A model generated the notes under the pieces. It was not told the origin of the DNA, did not search any database, and was given only the letters and a program-made list of their open reading frames with translations. A DNA stretch of 64,000 nt from Spirochaetia bacterium (lineage in GTDB: Bacteria; Spirochaetota; Spirochaetia; SZUA-6; Bin103): the NCBI GenBank assembly GCA_965208575.1, contig CBDBOV010000006.1, positions 672,001-736,000 on the forward strand. The letters are read 5' to 3'. Of this stretch, positions 49,213-60,095 are shown piece after piece. The position numbers were made by a program, and so were the translations under genes. Each line of letters starts with the position of its first letter. Position 1 is the stretch's first letter.

Positions 49213-50094
49213 ATGCGATACCGACCACTCGGCAACACCGGCCTGTCGGTCAGCGCCGTCGGGCTCGGCGGCGTGGCGCTGTCCATACCCGCAACACGCC
49301 CCGACCAGGCAACCGCGATCAAGGTGATTCACCACGCAATCGACCAGGGCGTGACCTTCATCGACACCGCAGACAGCTACGGCCAGGGCGAAGCGGACAT
49401 GGGGCACAACGAGCGCCTGTTTCGCGCCGCCCTGGCGCAGCTTCCCGGGGACGTGCGCGCGCGGGTGGTGGTGGCCACCAAGGGCGGCCACGCGCGTCCC
49501 GGCGGCGCCTGGGTTCCCAACGGCCGCCCGGAGTACCTGCGACAGCAGTGCGAGGCGTCCCTGCGCAACCTCGGTGTCGAGCGGCTCGACCTGCTGCAGC
49601 ATCACCGGCCCGACCCCGACGTGCCGATCGCCGACAGCATCGGCGCGTATGCCCGCCTGCGCGAAGAGGGCAAGGTGCGCTTCATCGGGGTCAGCGAGTA
49701 CTCGGTTGCCCAACTCGACGAGGCGCAGTCGGTGACCGCGATCGCCAGCACCCAGAATCAATACTCGCCGGCGCACCGGCAACCGGAGCGGGACGGCACC
49801 CTGGCAGCTACCGCGACGCGCGGCCTGGCGTTCATCCCCTGGAGCCCGCTCGGCGGCACCGGGCAGCAGGGGGCGGGCGACCTGGCTCGCCGGCACCCCG
49901 AGATTGCGCGCCTGGCGGAGCGTCACGGCGTGAGCCCGCAGCGGCTGGTGCTGGCCTGGCTGCTGGCCAAGGGAGCGCACGTGCTGGTGATCGTGGGCGC
50001 CAGCCGGGACGCCACCATCGAGGACTCGGCACGCGCCGCGGACCTCGATCTCGACGCCGGCGACATCGCCGGGATCGACGCCGCGACCGCCTGA
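49213..50094 (+). CDS. aldo/keto reductase
   Basis: LGNTGLSVSAVGLG, IDTADSYG, ATKGG, GKVRFIGVSE, PWSPLGG. Confidence 0.93.
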   Translation: MRYRPLGNTGLSVSAVGLGGVALSIPATRPDQATAIKVIHHAIDQGVTFIDTADSYGQGEADMGHNERLFRAALAQLPGDVRARVVVATKGGHARPGGAWVPNGRPEYLRQQCEASLRNLGVERLDLLQHHRPDPDVPIADSIGAYARLREEGKVRFIGVSEYSVAQLDEAQSVTAIASTQNQYSPAHRQPERDGTLAATATRGLAFIPWSPLGGTGQQGAGDLARRHPEIARLAERHGVSPQRLVLAWLLAKGAHVLVIVGASRDATIEDSARAADLDLDAGDIAGIDAATA

Positions 50095-50223
50095 CTGCGC
50101 TTCGCCGACACAAGTCGAGCCAGCCAGTCGCGGCCAATCGCGCCAATCGCCGGCGGGGGTTGATCACGACCCCGTTGTGGGCGACACTTCGCGGCTATCG
50201 CACGGGAGACGGGAGAGCGCACG

Positions 50224-51219
50224 ATGAGCGAGCAACAGCCGCAGGCCACCGCGGCGGGACAGTGGGTTTCGTACCGCCCGGAGATCAAGGTGCTCGACTG
50301 CACCATCCGGGACGGCGGCCTGATGAACGACCACCAGTTCAGCGACGAGGCCGTGCGCGGCGTGTACGACGCCTGCGTGCAGGCCGGCGTCGACTACATG
50401 GAGATCGGCTACATCAACTCCCGCGAACAGTTCCCGCCGGGCCAGTTCGGACCGTGGAAACACTGCCAGGAGCACGACATCCGGCGCATCGTGGGCGACA
50501 ACGACTCGGCGCTGAAACTGTCCGCGATGGCGGATGCCGAAAAGAGCGACTACCGCGAGGACGTTCTGCCCAGTTCGGAGAGCGTGCTCGACATGATCCG
50601 GGTGGCTACCTACATCCACCAGATTCCGCTCGCCCTCGACATGATCAAGGACGCCCACGACAAGGGCTACGAGACCTCGCTCAACCTCATGGCCCTGTCC
50701 ACGGTGCCGGAGCGCGAGCTCAATGAGGCGCTGCACCTGGTGGCGCGTTCGGAGGTGGAAGTGATCTGCATCGTCGACAGCTTCGGCGCCCTGTACGGCG
50801 AGCAGATCGACGACTACATGCAGAAGTTCAGCAGTTACGCCCGGTCGGCCGGCAAGGAGGTGGGCATGCACGCCCACAACAACCGGCAGCTCGCGTTCGC
50901 CAACACCATTCAGGCGACCATCCGCGGCGCCAATCGGCTCGATGCCAGCGTGGCCGGCCTCGGCCGCGGCGCCGGCAACTGCCCCATGGAGCTGCTGCTC
51001 AGCTTCCTGCACAACCCGAAGTTCCGCCTGCGCCCGATCCTGCACTGCGCACAGCACCACATCGAACCGTTGCGCGAGCAACTCAAGTGGGGCTTCGACT
51101 ACCCCTACATGATCACCGGCGTCCTCAACCAGCACCCGCGCGCCGGCATCGCGTTCAACGAGTCCACCCACCGCGGCGACGTGATCAGGTTCTACGACTC
51201 ACTGGAACACGAAGACTGA
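50224..51219 (+). CDS. DRE-TIM (HMGL-like) aldolase catalytic-domain protein
   Basis: LDCTIRDGG, VDSFG, MHAHNN, GLGRGAGNCPME. Confidence 0.88.
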   Translation: MSEQQPQATAAGQWVSYRPEIKVLDCTIRDGGLMNDHQFSDEAVRGVYDACVQAGVDYMEIGYINSREQFPPGQFGPWKHCQEHDIRRIVGDNDSALKLSAMADAEKSDYREDVLPSSESVLDMIRVATYIHQIPLALDMIKDAHDKGYETSLNLMALSTVPERELNEALHLVARSEVEVICIVDSFGALYGEQIDDYMQKFSSYARSAGKEVGMHAHNNRQLAFANTIQATIRGANRLDASVAGLGRGAGNCPMELLLSFLHNPKFRLRPILHCAQHHIEPLREQLKWGFDYPYMITGVLNQHPRAGIAFNESTHRGDVIRFYDSLEHED

Positions 51220-51240
51220 CCCGTAGAGACTTCCCTCATC

Positions 51241-54200
51241 TTGCGACAGCCGTTTCACATACATGCGTCGCATCGCCTGGAAGCGCTCGCGGCACGCCTG
51301 GCCGGCGAAATGTGCCGAACTCCCGGCGACCCGCTGGCGGCAGAGCGCATCGTCGTTCCGCACCCGATCATGGGGCAGTGGCTGCGGCAGCAACTCGCCA
51401 ACCGGCTTAGCGTCGCGGCACACCTGCGCATCGAGCTTCCGGCCGAGTTCGCCTGGGACGCCATGCGCGAGGCGATGCCCACGCTGTCCGCGGTGCAGGT
51501 GTTCAAACCGGCGTACCTGCGCTGGCGCATTTTCGAGCGCCTGGCCCGCTGGAACGGCGGCGACGAGATTGCGCGCTACCTGGCGGACGGGGATGCGCGC
51601 AAGCGGTTCGAGCTCGCGGACCGGCTGGCGGCCGCGTACGACCGCTGCCTCGTCTACCGCGCTGACCGCATCCGGGCATGGCAGGCGGGCGAGTCGCCGC
51701 ACTGGCACGGGCGGCTGTGGGCGCAGTTGGTCACCGACGGGGTGTCCGGGCAGTCAGGGAGCCGGCACTGGGTCGACGCCGTGGACGGCTACCGCGCCGC
51801 GGCCGTCAACCGAGCGACGCGTCCTCGGGTGAGTGTGTTCGCCGTTGCCACGATGTCGCCGTCATTCCTGGAAATGCTCCGCCTTGCCAACGCTGCGATG
51901 GAGATCCACCTGTTTCTGCTCAGCCCGCGCCGCGACTTCTGGGCCGTCATCCCGGCGCGCACGGCAGGCGGCTACTACGCAGAGCAGAACGAACTGCTGG
52001 AGGCGTGGGGCAGGCCGGCACGCGACCTGCAGGCACTGCTGAACGGCCAGCACCCACCCGTTCAGGCGGACCAACCCGTCGCGCACGATCCGCCATCCGC
52101 CGGCACCTGCCTGGAGGCGGCGCAGGCAGACCTCTCCGGCGACACCGCGCCGCCGGCACCGCGCGATCCGGACGACTCCATTCAGGTCCACGTCTGCCAC
52201 TCCCCGGCTCGCGAGGTCGAAGTGCTCCACGACCGGTTGCTCGGCGTGTTCGACCAACATCCCGACATCGAGCCGGCGGACGTGCTGGTGCTGACGCCAG
52301 ATCTCGACACCTACGCACCGATCATCGCGGCGGTGTTCGGCGCCGCCGGCCGGATCCGCTTCCAGGTCGGCCGCCGGCGGTTCAACGAGGGCGCCGCGCT
52401 GACCGCATTCCTCGACCTGCTGGAACTGCCCGGCTCCCGCTACACCGCCAACGCGGTGCTGGCGCCGCTGCGCGCGGCATCCGTGCGCGCCTGCTTCGGT
52501 ATCGGTGAAACCGACCTGGAGGGTATCCGCGATGCCGTGCGGCGGGCCGGCATCCGCTGGGGCCTCGACGCCGGGCACCGCACGGAGCTGGACGTGCCCG
52601 CCTCGCCCCACCACAACTGGCGCCACGGCTTGCGCCGTCTGCTGCTCGGCTACGCCATTGACGCCGACGCCGACGCCGGCGCCGGCGTGCTGCTCGGCGA
52701 CATCACGCCATGCGCCCTGGACCGCTGGGGATTCCGCTCCGGCGCAGCCGACTACGAACGTCTCGGCCGCTTGCTGCGCTACTGTGAGCTGGCATTCGCG
52801 CTCGACGACTGGTCGCAGGCCGCGCACTCGCCGAGCGAGTGGACCGCGCGATTGCGCACCGGCGTGCTGGCGCGCTTCTTCGTCGATGCCGACCGCGCCG
52901 CGACACCCGTAGTGAGCCGGGAACTGAGCACCGTGGCAGGCCTGATCGACGACTTCGCCGCCGAGTGCGCGAACGCCGGCGCCGATGGCCCGGTACCCTT
53001 CCGCGTGCTGCGCGACGTGTTGAACGAACACGCGTCGGCTACCACCCGCGGCGTACCGCGACTTGCGGACGGCGTGACGGTCACCGGCCTGGCGGTAGGA
53101 CAGGCCGTTCCCGCCAAGGTGGTGTGCGCCGTGGGCATGAACGACGGCGCGTTCCCGCGCCGGCCGCAGGCGATGCCCTTCGACTTCCTCACCGGCCTGT
53201 TCGGCGAGGACGCGCGCCGGCTCGGCGACCGCGACGTGCGCGACGACGACCGCTTCGCATTCCTGGAAGCCGTGCTGGCGGCGCGCCGCTGCCTGCTGCT
53301 GACCTACACCGGCCGCGACCTGCAGGAGGACAAACCGATACCGCCGTCCATCGTGGTGAGCGAGTTGACGGAGTACCTCGACCGCCGGTTCCCGGACGCG
53401 GCCGGCAAGGACGGTCCGGAGCGCTGGCAGACGCGCCACCCCTTGCAGCCGTTCAGTCCCCGCTACTTCCGGCCGGACGAACCTGCCCTGTACAGCTACT
53501 CCTTGCCGATGGCCGCCGCGGCAACGGCACTCGGCGCGGGCGGCGGCGATGCCGACCGTTTCGCCGGCCAACTCGATGCGGCGCCTGCCGAGCACGAAAT
53601 CGAACTGGACGATCTGATTCGCTTCGCGGTCAGCCCGTCCCGGTACTTCGCGCGCCACCGGCTCGGGTTGCACCTCGACGTTCGTGACGACGAACTGGAT
53701 GACGACGAACCGTTCCAACTCGACCCCTTGCAGGCGTGGCTGTTGAAGAGCGGCCTGGCCGACTGGGACGAGCCGGGCGAGGAACACGCCGCCCGGCTGG
53801 CCGCCGCCGGCGGCCTGCTGCCACCAGGCAACATGGCGGAGATACAGCACCGGGAGTCCTCCGGCGAGGTCGACGCACTACAAGAGGCCCTGCGGCCCTA
53901 CCGGGACCACACCGCCAGGGCCGAGGTGGACATCGTGGTGAGCGGCACCCGTATCGTCGGCTTCGTGGAGCGTTTCCACGGCGACCGGAACGAACTGGCA
54001 AGGCGGCGAATCGGCAGGATCCGGGCGAAGGACCGGATCGAGGTGTGGCTGCGCCTGCTGGCGCTCACCGTGGCCCGCGGTTGCCCGATGACGGCGCACC
54101 TGTTTGGCAGCAAGAACGCCGAAACCAGCACGCTGGCAGGGCCGACGCCGGAGCGAGCCCGCGAACTGCTCGGCGACTGGGTGGCCGTCTGGCAGGAGGG

Positions 54201-54414
54201 GCAGCGCAGACCGTTGCCGTTCTTTGCCGACGCTTCGTGGACCTGGACCGGTAAGCAGTCGCCGACGGCGGTTACCGCCGCCTGGACCAGCCGGCCGTGG
54301 AGTGAGGGCAACGATTCGGTTCATCGAGTGATGTTCGCCGACGGCCCCGTCAATGAGTCGTTCGCAGACCTTGCCGTCCGCCTGCTTGGACCATTGCGGG
54401 AAGCCATGTCGTGA
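51241..54414 (+). CDS. recC: exodeoxyribonuclease V gamma subunit
   Basis: SHRLEAL, VHVCHSPAREVEVLHD, GMNDGAFPR, DRFAFLEAVLAAR, HPLQPFSPRYF. Confidence 0.93.
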   Translation: MRQPFHIHASHRLEALAARLAGEMCRTPGDPLAAERIVVPHPIMGQWLRQQLANRLSVAAHLRIELPAEFAWDAMREAMPTLSAVQVFKPAYLRWRIFERLARWNGGDEIARYLADGDARKRFELADRLAAAYDRCLVYRADRIRAWQAGESPHWHGRLWAQLVTDGVSGQSGSRHWVDAVDGYRAAAVNRATRPRVSVFAVATMSPSFLEMLRLANAAMEIHLFLLSPRRDFWAVIPARTAGGYYAEQNELLEAWGRPARDLQALLNGQHPPVQADQPVAHDPPSAGTCLEAAQADLSGDTAPPAPRDPDDSIQVHVCHSPAREVEVLHDRLLGVFDQHPDIEPADVLVLTPDLDTYAPIIAAVFGAAGRIRFQVGRRRFNEGAALTAFLDLLELPGSRYTANAVLAPLRAASVRACFGIGETDLEGIRDAVRRAGIRWGLDAGHRTELDVPASPHHNWRHGLRRLLLGYAIDADADAGAGVLLGDITPCALDRWGFRSGAADYERLGRLLRYCELAFALDDWSQAAHSPSEWTARLRTGVLARFFVDADRAATPVVSRELSTVAGLIDDFAAECANAGADGPVPFRVLRDVLNEHASATTRGVPRLADGVTVTGLAVGQAVPAKVVCAVGMNDGAFPRRPQAMPFDFLTGLFGEDARRLGDRDVRDDDRFAFLEAVLAARRCLLLTYTGRDLQEDKPIPPSIVVSELTEYLDRRFPDAAGKDGPERWQTRHPLQPFSPRYFRPDEPALYSYSLPMAAAATALGAGGGDADRFAGQLDAAPAEHEIELDDLIRFAVSPSRYFARHRLGLHLDVRDDELDDDEPFQLDPLQAWLLKSGLADWDEPGEEHAARLAAAGGLLPPGNMAEIQHRESSGEVDALQEALRPYRDHTARAEVDIVVSGTRIVGFVERFHGDRNELARRRIGRIRAKDRIEVWLRLLALTVARGCPMTAHLFGSKNAETSTLAGPTPERARELLGDWVAVWQEGQRRPLPFFADASWTWTGKQSPTAVTAAWTSRPWSEGNDSVHRVMFADGPVNESFADLAVRLLGPLREAMS

Positions 54415-57400
54415 GCACAGCCGGAACCACACCACTCACCGCACCGCTGGACGGCAGCCTGCTGGTGGAGGCCAGCGCCGGCACCGGCAAGACCTACACG
54501 CTCACCACGCTCGCCGCGCGCCTCCTGGTCGAAGCCGGTCACGGCATCCAGGACCTGCTCATCGTTACCTTCACCGTCGCCGCCACCGGCGAGCTGCGTA
54601 CCCGCATCTGGCAAACCCTGCACGCGGCCCGCGCCGCAGTCCGCGACCCGGCGGCCGAGGCCGGCAACCAGGCACGAGAGTTGGCGGCGCACTGGCGGCG
54701 CGCCGGAGTCGAACACGCCGATGTCCGGCTGACGCGCGCCATCCGGGATTTCGACCGCGCCACGATCACCACGATCCACGGCTTCTGCCAGCGCGCGCTG
54801 ACGGAGTTCGCGCTGTACGCCGCGCTGCCGTTCGGTTTCCGGGTGAGCGGCGACGCGGCGCTGGAGGTGGAGTCCGCCACGCGCGACTTCTGGCGGCGGC
54901 GCATGGCGCGGGAGCCCGTTACGCTGCTGGAGTACGCCAAGCAGCAGAAATTCGTGATCGACGAGGCGGCCGTCTGGGCCGGCCGGCATCATGCAAGACC
55001 GGGAGTCATTCGGCCCGCGGACGACTGCGAAGGCTCCGAGCGCAGCGGCGAAGCCAACCGCGCAGAGTGGCTGCAGGCGTTCCGAGCGGCGCACGACGCC
55101 TGGGTCGATCCGGCCCAGCAACGGACGTTCCACGACGTGACGGAGCACTATCGGTGGAAGAAGGACCGCAAGGACGAAGCGGTCTGCAGGGCGGTGATCG
55201 ACGCCCTCGACGCCAACGATGCCGACCTGCTGCCGTTGAAGGATGCCGGCTACTTCGCACCGGCATCGCTGGCCGAGAAGCTGTACAAGAAGAACCCACC
55301 CCCGGAGATCCCCCTGTTCACCTGCTTCGAACGGCTGGGCAAGGCCGCGGCCGAACTCGGTGATGCCTGGTTGAGCAGTCGGCGGCGCGGTCTGCTTCGG
55401 GACGCCGGAGAGACGTTGTACCGCGGCAATTGGGACGCCCGGTGCTTGAGCTTCGATGCGCTGTTGACGCAACTGTACCGGGCCCTTGAGGGCCGCGGCG
55501 GCGGCGCGCTGGCGGCGCGCATGCGCACCCGTTACCCGGTAGCCCTGATCGACGAGTTCCAGGATACCGACCGGCTGCAAGCACGGATATTCGAGAAGAT
55601 CTACGCCTCCGCGCGGGGCGGCGGCGGGCTGATCGTCGTCGGCGACCCCAAGCAGTCGATCTTCCGCTTCCGCGGCGCCGACGTGTTTGCCTACCTCGAT
55701 GCCAGGTCCGGGGTCGCGGCGGGGCACGCGCTGCGCCTGACGGTCAATTACCGCTCCGACTCCGCCCTGGTGCGTGCCGCGAACGCCGTGTTCGAGCGGC
55801 ACAATCCCTTCCTGCTGCCGGACATCCGCTTCGAGGCCGCGCACCCCGCGGCGCACGACCTTGGCGCGCTGTGCGTGCGGGACGATGAGTACGACCCGCA
55901 CCCGTTCCAACTGCACCTGTTCCCGGACGGCGACGGCGGCAAGAGGTGGAACAAGGGGAACCTGGTGCGCGCAGCCGCGTCGCACGCCGCCGGCAGGATC
56001 GTGCGGCTGCTCGAACTCGGAGCCTCGGGCCGGGCGTTCGTGCGCCGCGCCTCCGGTCCGGCAGCCGGTGAGCCCCTGGTGGCCGGTGACGTCGCCGTGC
56101 TCGTCCGTACCGGCGAGCAGGGCCGAACCATCGCGCGCGCGCTGCGCGATGGCGGCGTGCGCACCGTCGAACTGGGTACGGACAGCGTGTTCGACAGTGC
56201 CGAGGCAGCGGCCGTGCACCAACTGCTGCACGCGCTTGCCGCCGACGAGACCGACTACCAAGCCGCCGCGCGGCTGCGCGGCGCACTGGCGGGCGACCTG
56301 TTCGGGCTGGAACTGTCCGCGATCGACCGGTTGCAGGGCGACGACCAGGCATGGGCGGACTGGAACGACCACGCCCGCGAGTGGCGCCGGATCTGGGCCG
56401 CGGCCGGCATCGCCAGCCTGATGCGCCACCTGCTGTTTGCCGACCATCCGGCGTGCGCAGCGCATCTTCTGCGGCATCGGGACGGGCCGCGCCGGCTCAC
56501 CAACGTCCTGCACCTCACCGACCTGCTGCACGACGCCGAGACCCGCGACCGGTTGTCGCGGCGCGGCCTGATGGACTGGTTCGCCCACTTCAAGGCGCAA
56601 CCGGAACGCGGCGGCGAGACCGCGCAACTGCGCCTGGAGAGCGACGAGGACCTGGTGAAGATCGTCACGGTGCACCGCGCCAAGGGACTGGAGTTTCCGG
56701 TGGTGTTCTGCCCGTTCGCCTGGTTCGGTCATCGACCGGGTACCGAACCCACGGCCGAGTACTACGACTCCGACGACAGGACGCCGGTGCTGGACGTGCG
56801 CCCTTCGTCGGCGGCCGTCGACCGGCAACGCGACGAACAGCACTCCGACGAGTTGCGGCTGCTGTACGTGGCGCTGACCAGGGCGCAGTACCGCTGCGAA
56901 GTGACCTGGGCGCGGGTGAGGGACGGCGAATACTCGCCGCTCGCCTGGCTCCTGCATGGCCGGGAGACCCGCGAAGCAAACGAGCGCCACGTGCGGCGCT
57001 TGAGCGCGGCCGACTGGCTGGGCGAGGTGCGGCAGTTTGGTGCACGCGTAGCGGACGCAATCTCCATCAACCAGGCAACTCCCGAGCTCACTGTCGGCCC
57101 GCTACCGTGCGCACGCCCGGAAGCGGAATCCCTGGCCGCCCGTAAACTCGGTCGCCAACTCGCGCGCACGCGCCAGTTGACCAGCTACTCCGCGCTCGCG
57201 GCCGGCGCCGGCGCCCATGAGCCCGCGCGCGAACAGGAAGAAGACGAAGCCGCGTACATCGACCCCGAGCAGGTCGCGGACGGCGTCCGCAACGAGTTCA
57301 CCTTTCCGGCCGGCAGCCGGCCCGGCGACTGCCTGCACCAGATCCTGGCCATGCAGATGCAACCGAACGTCGATCCGGACCGCGCCTGCCGGGACGCCCT

Positions 57401-58037
57401 GGCCAGGTTCGACATCGGCGGCCACTGGATCGAGGTGGTCCGCACGCTGGTGACCAATGCGCTGGACACCCCACTGTTGCCCGCCGGCGACGTCAGCGCC
57501 GGCGCCGGCAACGCGTTCGGTTTCGGCGGCGGTACGTTTCGCCTCGGCGACGTCGACCGGCCGATCGTGGAGATGCAGTTCCATCTGCCGGTCCGCGGCT
57601 TCCGGCGCGCGCATCTCTCCCAGGCGCTCGAGGCGCACGGTTACGAACCGGCGCTCGCCGACGGAGCCGGCGAAATCAACGGTTTCCTGAACGGCTACAT
57701 CGACGTCGTCGCCCGTGCCGGTGGGCGCTGGTACGTGATCGACTACAAGTCCAACTGGCTCGGCAACGACCTGGCCGCCTACTCGCCCACGGCGATCGAG
57801 CGCGCCATGGCACGCCACGGCTACCACCTCCAGTACCTGCTGTACCTCACCGCGCTGCACCGCCTGCTGCGGCTGCGCGTGCCCGACTACGACTACGACC
57901 GCCACGTGGGCGGCGCGCTCTATCTTTTCCTGCGCGGCATGCGACCCGCCGTGCCCGGCAGCGGCGTCTTCCGGGATCGTCCGTCGCGCGCCTGCATCGA
58001 GACGATTGACGCCTGTTTCCGAGGCGACGGATCGTGA
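54411..58037 (+). CDS. recB: exodeoxyribonuclease V beta subunit
   Basis: EASAGTGKT, IDEFQDTD, GDPKQSIFRFRGAD, LLYVALTRA, nuclease GYID...IDYKSN, YHLQY. Confidence 0.95.
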   Translation: MSTAGTTPLTAPLDGSLLVEASAGTGKTYTLTTLAARLLVEAGHGIQDLLIVTFTVAATGELRTRIWQTLHAARAAVRDPAAEAGNQARELAAHWRRAGVEHADVRLTRAIRDFDRATITTIHGFCQRALTEFALYAALPFGFRVSGDAALEVESATRDFWRRRMAREPVTLLEYAKQQKFVIDEAAVWAGRHHARPGVIRPADDCEGSERSGEANRAEWLQAFRAAHDAWVDPAQQRTFHDVTEHYRWKKDRKDEAVCRAVIDALDANDADLLPLKDAGYFAPASLAEKLYKKNPPPEIPLFTCFERLGKAAAELGDAWLSSRRRGLLRDAGETLYRGNWDARCLSFDALLTQLYRALEGRGGGALAARMRTRYPVALIDEFQDTDRLQARIFEKIYASARGGGGLIVVGDPKQSIFRFRGADVFAYLDARSGVAAGHALRLTVNYRSDSALVRAANAVFERHNPFLLPDIRFEAAHPAAHDLGALCVRDDEYDPHPFQLHLFPDGDGGKRWNKGNLVRAAASHAAGRIVRLLELGASGRAFVRRASGPAAGEPLVAGDVAVLVRTGEQGRTIARALRDGGVRTVELGTDSVFDSAEAAAVHQLLHALAADETDYQAAARLRGALAGDLFGLELSAIDRLQGDDQAWADWNDHAREWRRIWAAAGIASLMRHLLFADHPACAAHLLRHRDGPRRLTNVLHLTDLLHDAETRDRLSRRGLMDWFAHFKAQPERGGETAQLRLESDEDLVKIVTVHRAKGLEFPVVFCPFAWFGHRPGTEPTAEYYDSDDRTPVLDVRPSSAAVDRQRDEQHSDELRLLYVALTRAQYRCEVTWARVRDGEYSPLAWLLHGRETREANERHVRRLSAADWLGEVRQFGARVADAISINQATPELTVGPLPCARPEAESLAARKLGRQLARTRQLTSYSALAAGAGAHEPAREQEEDEAAYIDPEQVADGVRNEFTFPAGSRPGDCLHQILAMQMQPNVDPDRACRDALARFDIGGHWIEVVRTLVTNALDTPLLPAGDVSAGAGNAFGFGGGTFRLGDVDRPIVEMQFHLPVRGFRRAHLSQALEAHGYEPALADGAGEINGFLNGYIDVVARAGGRWYVIDYKSNWLGNDLAAYSPTAIERAMARHGYHLQYLLYLTALHRLLRLRVPDYDYDRHVGGALYLFLRGMRPAVPGSGVFRDRPSRACIETIDACFRGDGS

Positions 58038-59887
58038 CGGCCGCGGACCAACTCAGGGTGCTCGCCGAAGCGCGCGTGCTCGCCGACATCGACCGCTTCT
58101 TCGCCCTGTCGCTGGAACACCTGGGCGCCGGCCCGGAGGTGGTGCTGGCGGCGGCGGCGGTGAGCGCCATGCACCGCGCCGGCCACACCTGCCTGCCGCT
58201 TGCCGAGGCCGGCAAGCCGCTCGCGGACATCGTCGAGCGGCCATCGGAACAGGGCGAGGTGGTGCCGGAGCAGGCGAGAGCGATCCGCCTGCCGGCGCAA
58301 GCTCCCTGGCGCGATGCGCTCGAGGCCAGCCCGGTGGTAGCGACCGGCGGCACTGACGGCTCGCCGTTGCCGGCGGGGGTGGACCGCGACCGCCCGATTC
58401 TTCCGTTGGGCAACTGCCCGCCATTGCCGTTGGTCCTGGACCACGACCGCCTGTACCTGCACCGACTGTTTGCAGCCGAGTCGGGGCTTGCAGCGCGCAT
58501 GCGCACCCTGGCCGGGGAGGCGATCCGACGCGACCTCGGCGATTCTTTGACCCGCGTGTTCGGCGCCGGCGCGGACCGGGAAACCATCGCCGCGGCAACC
58601 GCCGCCGTCGAACGCCGGCTGTGCATCGTCACCGGCGGGCCCGGCACCGGCAAGACCACGCTGGCGGCAGGCCTGATCGCACTGCTCGCGGATCTCGGCA
58701 TCGCCGCGGCACACCGCATTGGACTGGTGACGCCGACCGGCAAGGCGGCGGCGCGGCTGCAGGAGGCGGTCACCACCCAACTCGACGAGCGCGACCTGCG
58801 AGCGAAGGTGCCCGCGCTTGCCGGCTTCGCGCCCGCGGCCGGCACCATCCACCGGCTGCTGATGAGGCCCGCTCTGCGCCTGGACGCGCTGGTGGTGGAC
58901 GAGTGCTCGATGGTCGACCTGCCGCTGATGAACCGGCTGATCGCCGCGCTGCCGGATGGCTGCCGCCTCATCCTGCTCGGCGACACCGATCAGCTCTCCT
59001 CCGTGGAACCCGGCTCCGTGTTCAGCGACCTGTGCGCCGCAGGCGGCGGTTCGCCACTGGCGGCGTGCACCGTGCGCCTGACCCGGAGCCACCGTTTCGC
59101 GGCCGACCGCGGCATCGGTCTGTTGGCCGCCGCGGTCGTCGGCGGCGACGCGGAAGCGGCGCTGGCCACCCTCGACGACGCCGACGAGGCTCAGACCGAC
59201 CGGCAGCCACTGTCGGACGCCGCCGAGTTCGAGCAATTCGCCGCGGTCTGCGCCGTCGAGTGGCACCAACACATCGACATGCTGCGCACGGCTACGGCAG
59301 CGCCGACGACAACGACAGTGCCACCCGCGTTCCCGGCGCGCCGCGTCCTGTGCGCCCACCGCCGCGGACCATTCGGCGTTGGCCGCTTCAACCGCCTCGT
59401 CGAACGCGGCCTGCGCGCCCGCGGCGTGATCGACCGCGAGGAGTTCTACGTCGGCCGGCCGATCATTGTGACCCGCAACGACCGCCAGACCGGCCTCTCC
59501 AACGGCGACACGGGCGTCGTCGTGGCGGCCGCAGAGCAACGCCGCCAGGTGTGGTTCCCGGACCTGGACCGCGGTGCCGGGCGATTCCTGGTGGCGCCGT
59601 CGCGGCTGCCCGAGCACGAGAGCTTCTTCGCCCTCACCGTGCACCGCGCGCAAGGCTCCGAATACGACGAGGTGGTGTTCGTTCCCGGTGACCCGGAGTC
59701 GCGCGTGTGCACCCGCGAGCTGTTCTACACGGCGGTTACGCGGGCGCGGCGCAAGGTAACCGTACTCTCGGGTGCGGACGCCGTGCGTGCCACGGTGCAG
59801 CGCACGACATCACGCTCGTCAGGGCTGTCGGACCGGCTGGCCGCCGGCCCTCCCCATGACTCCAGGTCCTCTTCGCCCACGCGGTAG
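58034..59887 (+). CDS. recD: exodeoxyribonuclease V alpha subunit
   Basis: TGGPGTGKTT, VDECSMVD, LGDTDQL, TVHRAQGSEY, YTAVTRAR. Confidence 0.95.
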   Translation: MTAADQLRVLAEARVLADIDRFFALSLEHLGAGPEVVLAAAAVSAMHRAGHTCLPLAEAGKPLADIVERPSEQGEVVPEQARAIRLPAQAPWRDALEASPVVATGGTDGSPLPAGVDRDRPILPLGNCPPLPLVLDHDRLYLHRLFAAESGLAARMRTLAGEAIRRDLGDSLTRVFGAGADRETIAAATAAVERRLCIVTGGPGTGKTTLAAGLIALLADLGIAAAHRIGLVTPTGKAAARLQEAVTTQLDERDLRAKVPALAGFAPAAGTIHRLLMRPALRLDALVVDECSMVDLPLMNRLIAALPDGCRLILLGDTDQLSSVEPGSVFSDLCAAGGGSPLAACTVRLTRSHRFAADRGIGLLAAAVVGGDAEAALATLDDADEAQTDRQPLSDAAEFEQFAAVCAVEWHQHIDMLRTATAAPTTTTVPPAFPARRVLCAHRRGPFGVGRFNRLVERGLRARGVIDREEFYVGRPIIVTRNDRQTGLSNGDTGVVVAAAEQRRQVWFPDLDRGAGRFLVAPSRLPEHESFFALTVHRAQGSEYDEVVFVPGDPESRVCTRELFYTAVTRARRKVTVLSGADAVRATVQRTTSRSSGLSDRLAAGPPHDSRSSSPTR

Positions 59888-59889
59888 GC

Positions 59890-60095
59890 CTGACGTAGAA
59901 ATCCTCTCCAAGATGGGCCAGAAAGGGCTCCACGTCAGCATCCGTCAAGGCCACCACCAAGTCTACGTCCATGGTCGCTCGAGGCTCACCGCTCACCGAA
60001 CTCGCCAGGGATCCGCCAACCAGATACCGGACTCCGCACCGCTCCAACGCGGACGCTACCTGAAGAGCCACCTGAAGCGGCTCCGCCGGCGCCAT
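59890..60095 (-). pseudogene. truncated nucleotidyltransferase (pol-beta-like)
   Basis: YLVGGSLASSVSGEPRATMDVDLVV motif; recognisable sequence stops after about 68 codons, then reads into recD antisense. Confidence 0.7.

Noticed and set aside
49087-49980. N-terminal 300 aa of the 675-aa ORF as a fusion to Rpn
   Set aside because: It is mostly antisense to the aldo/keto reductase; rpn has its own RBS and GTG at 49086.
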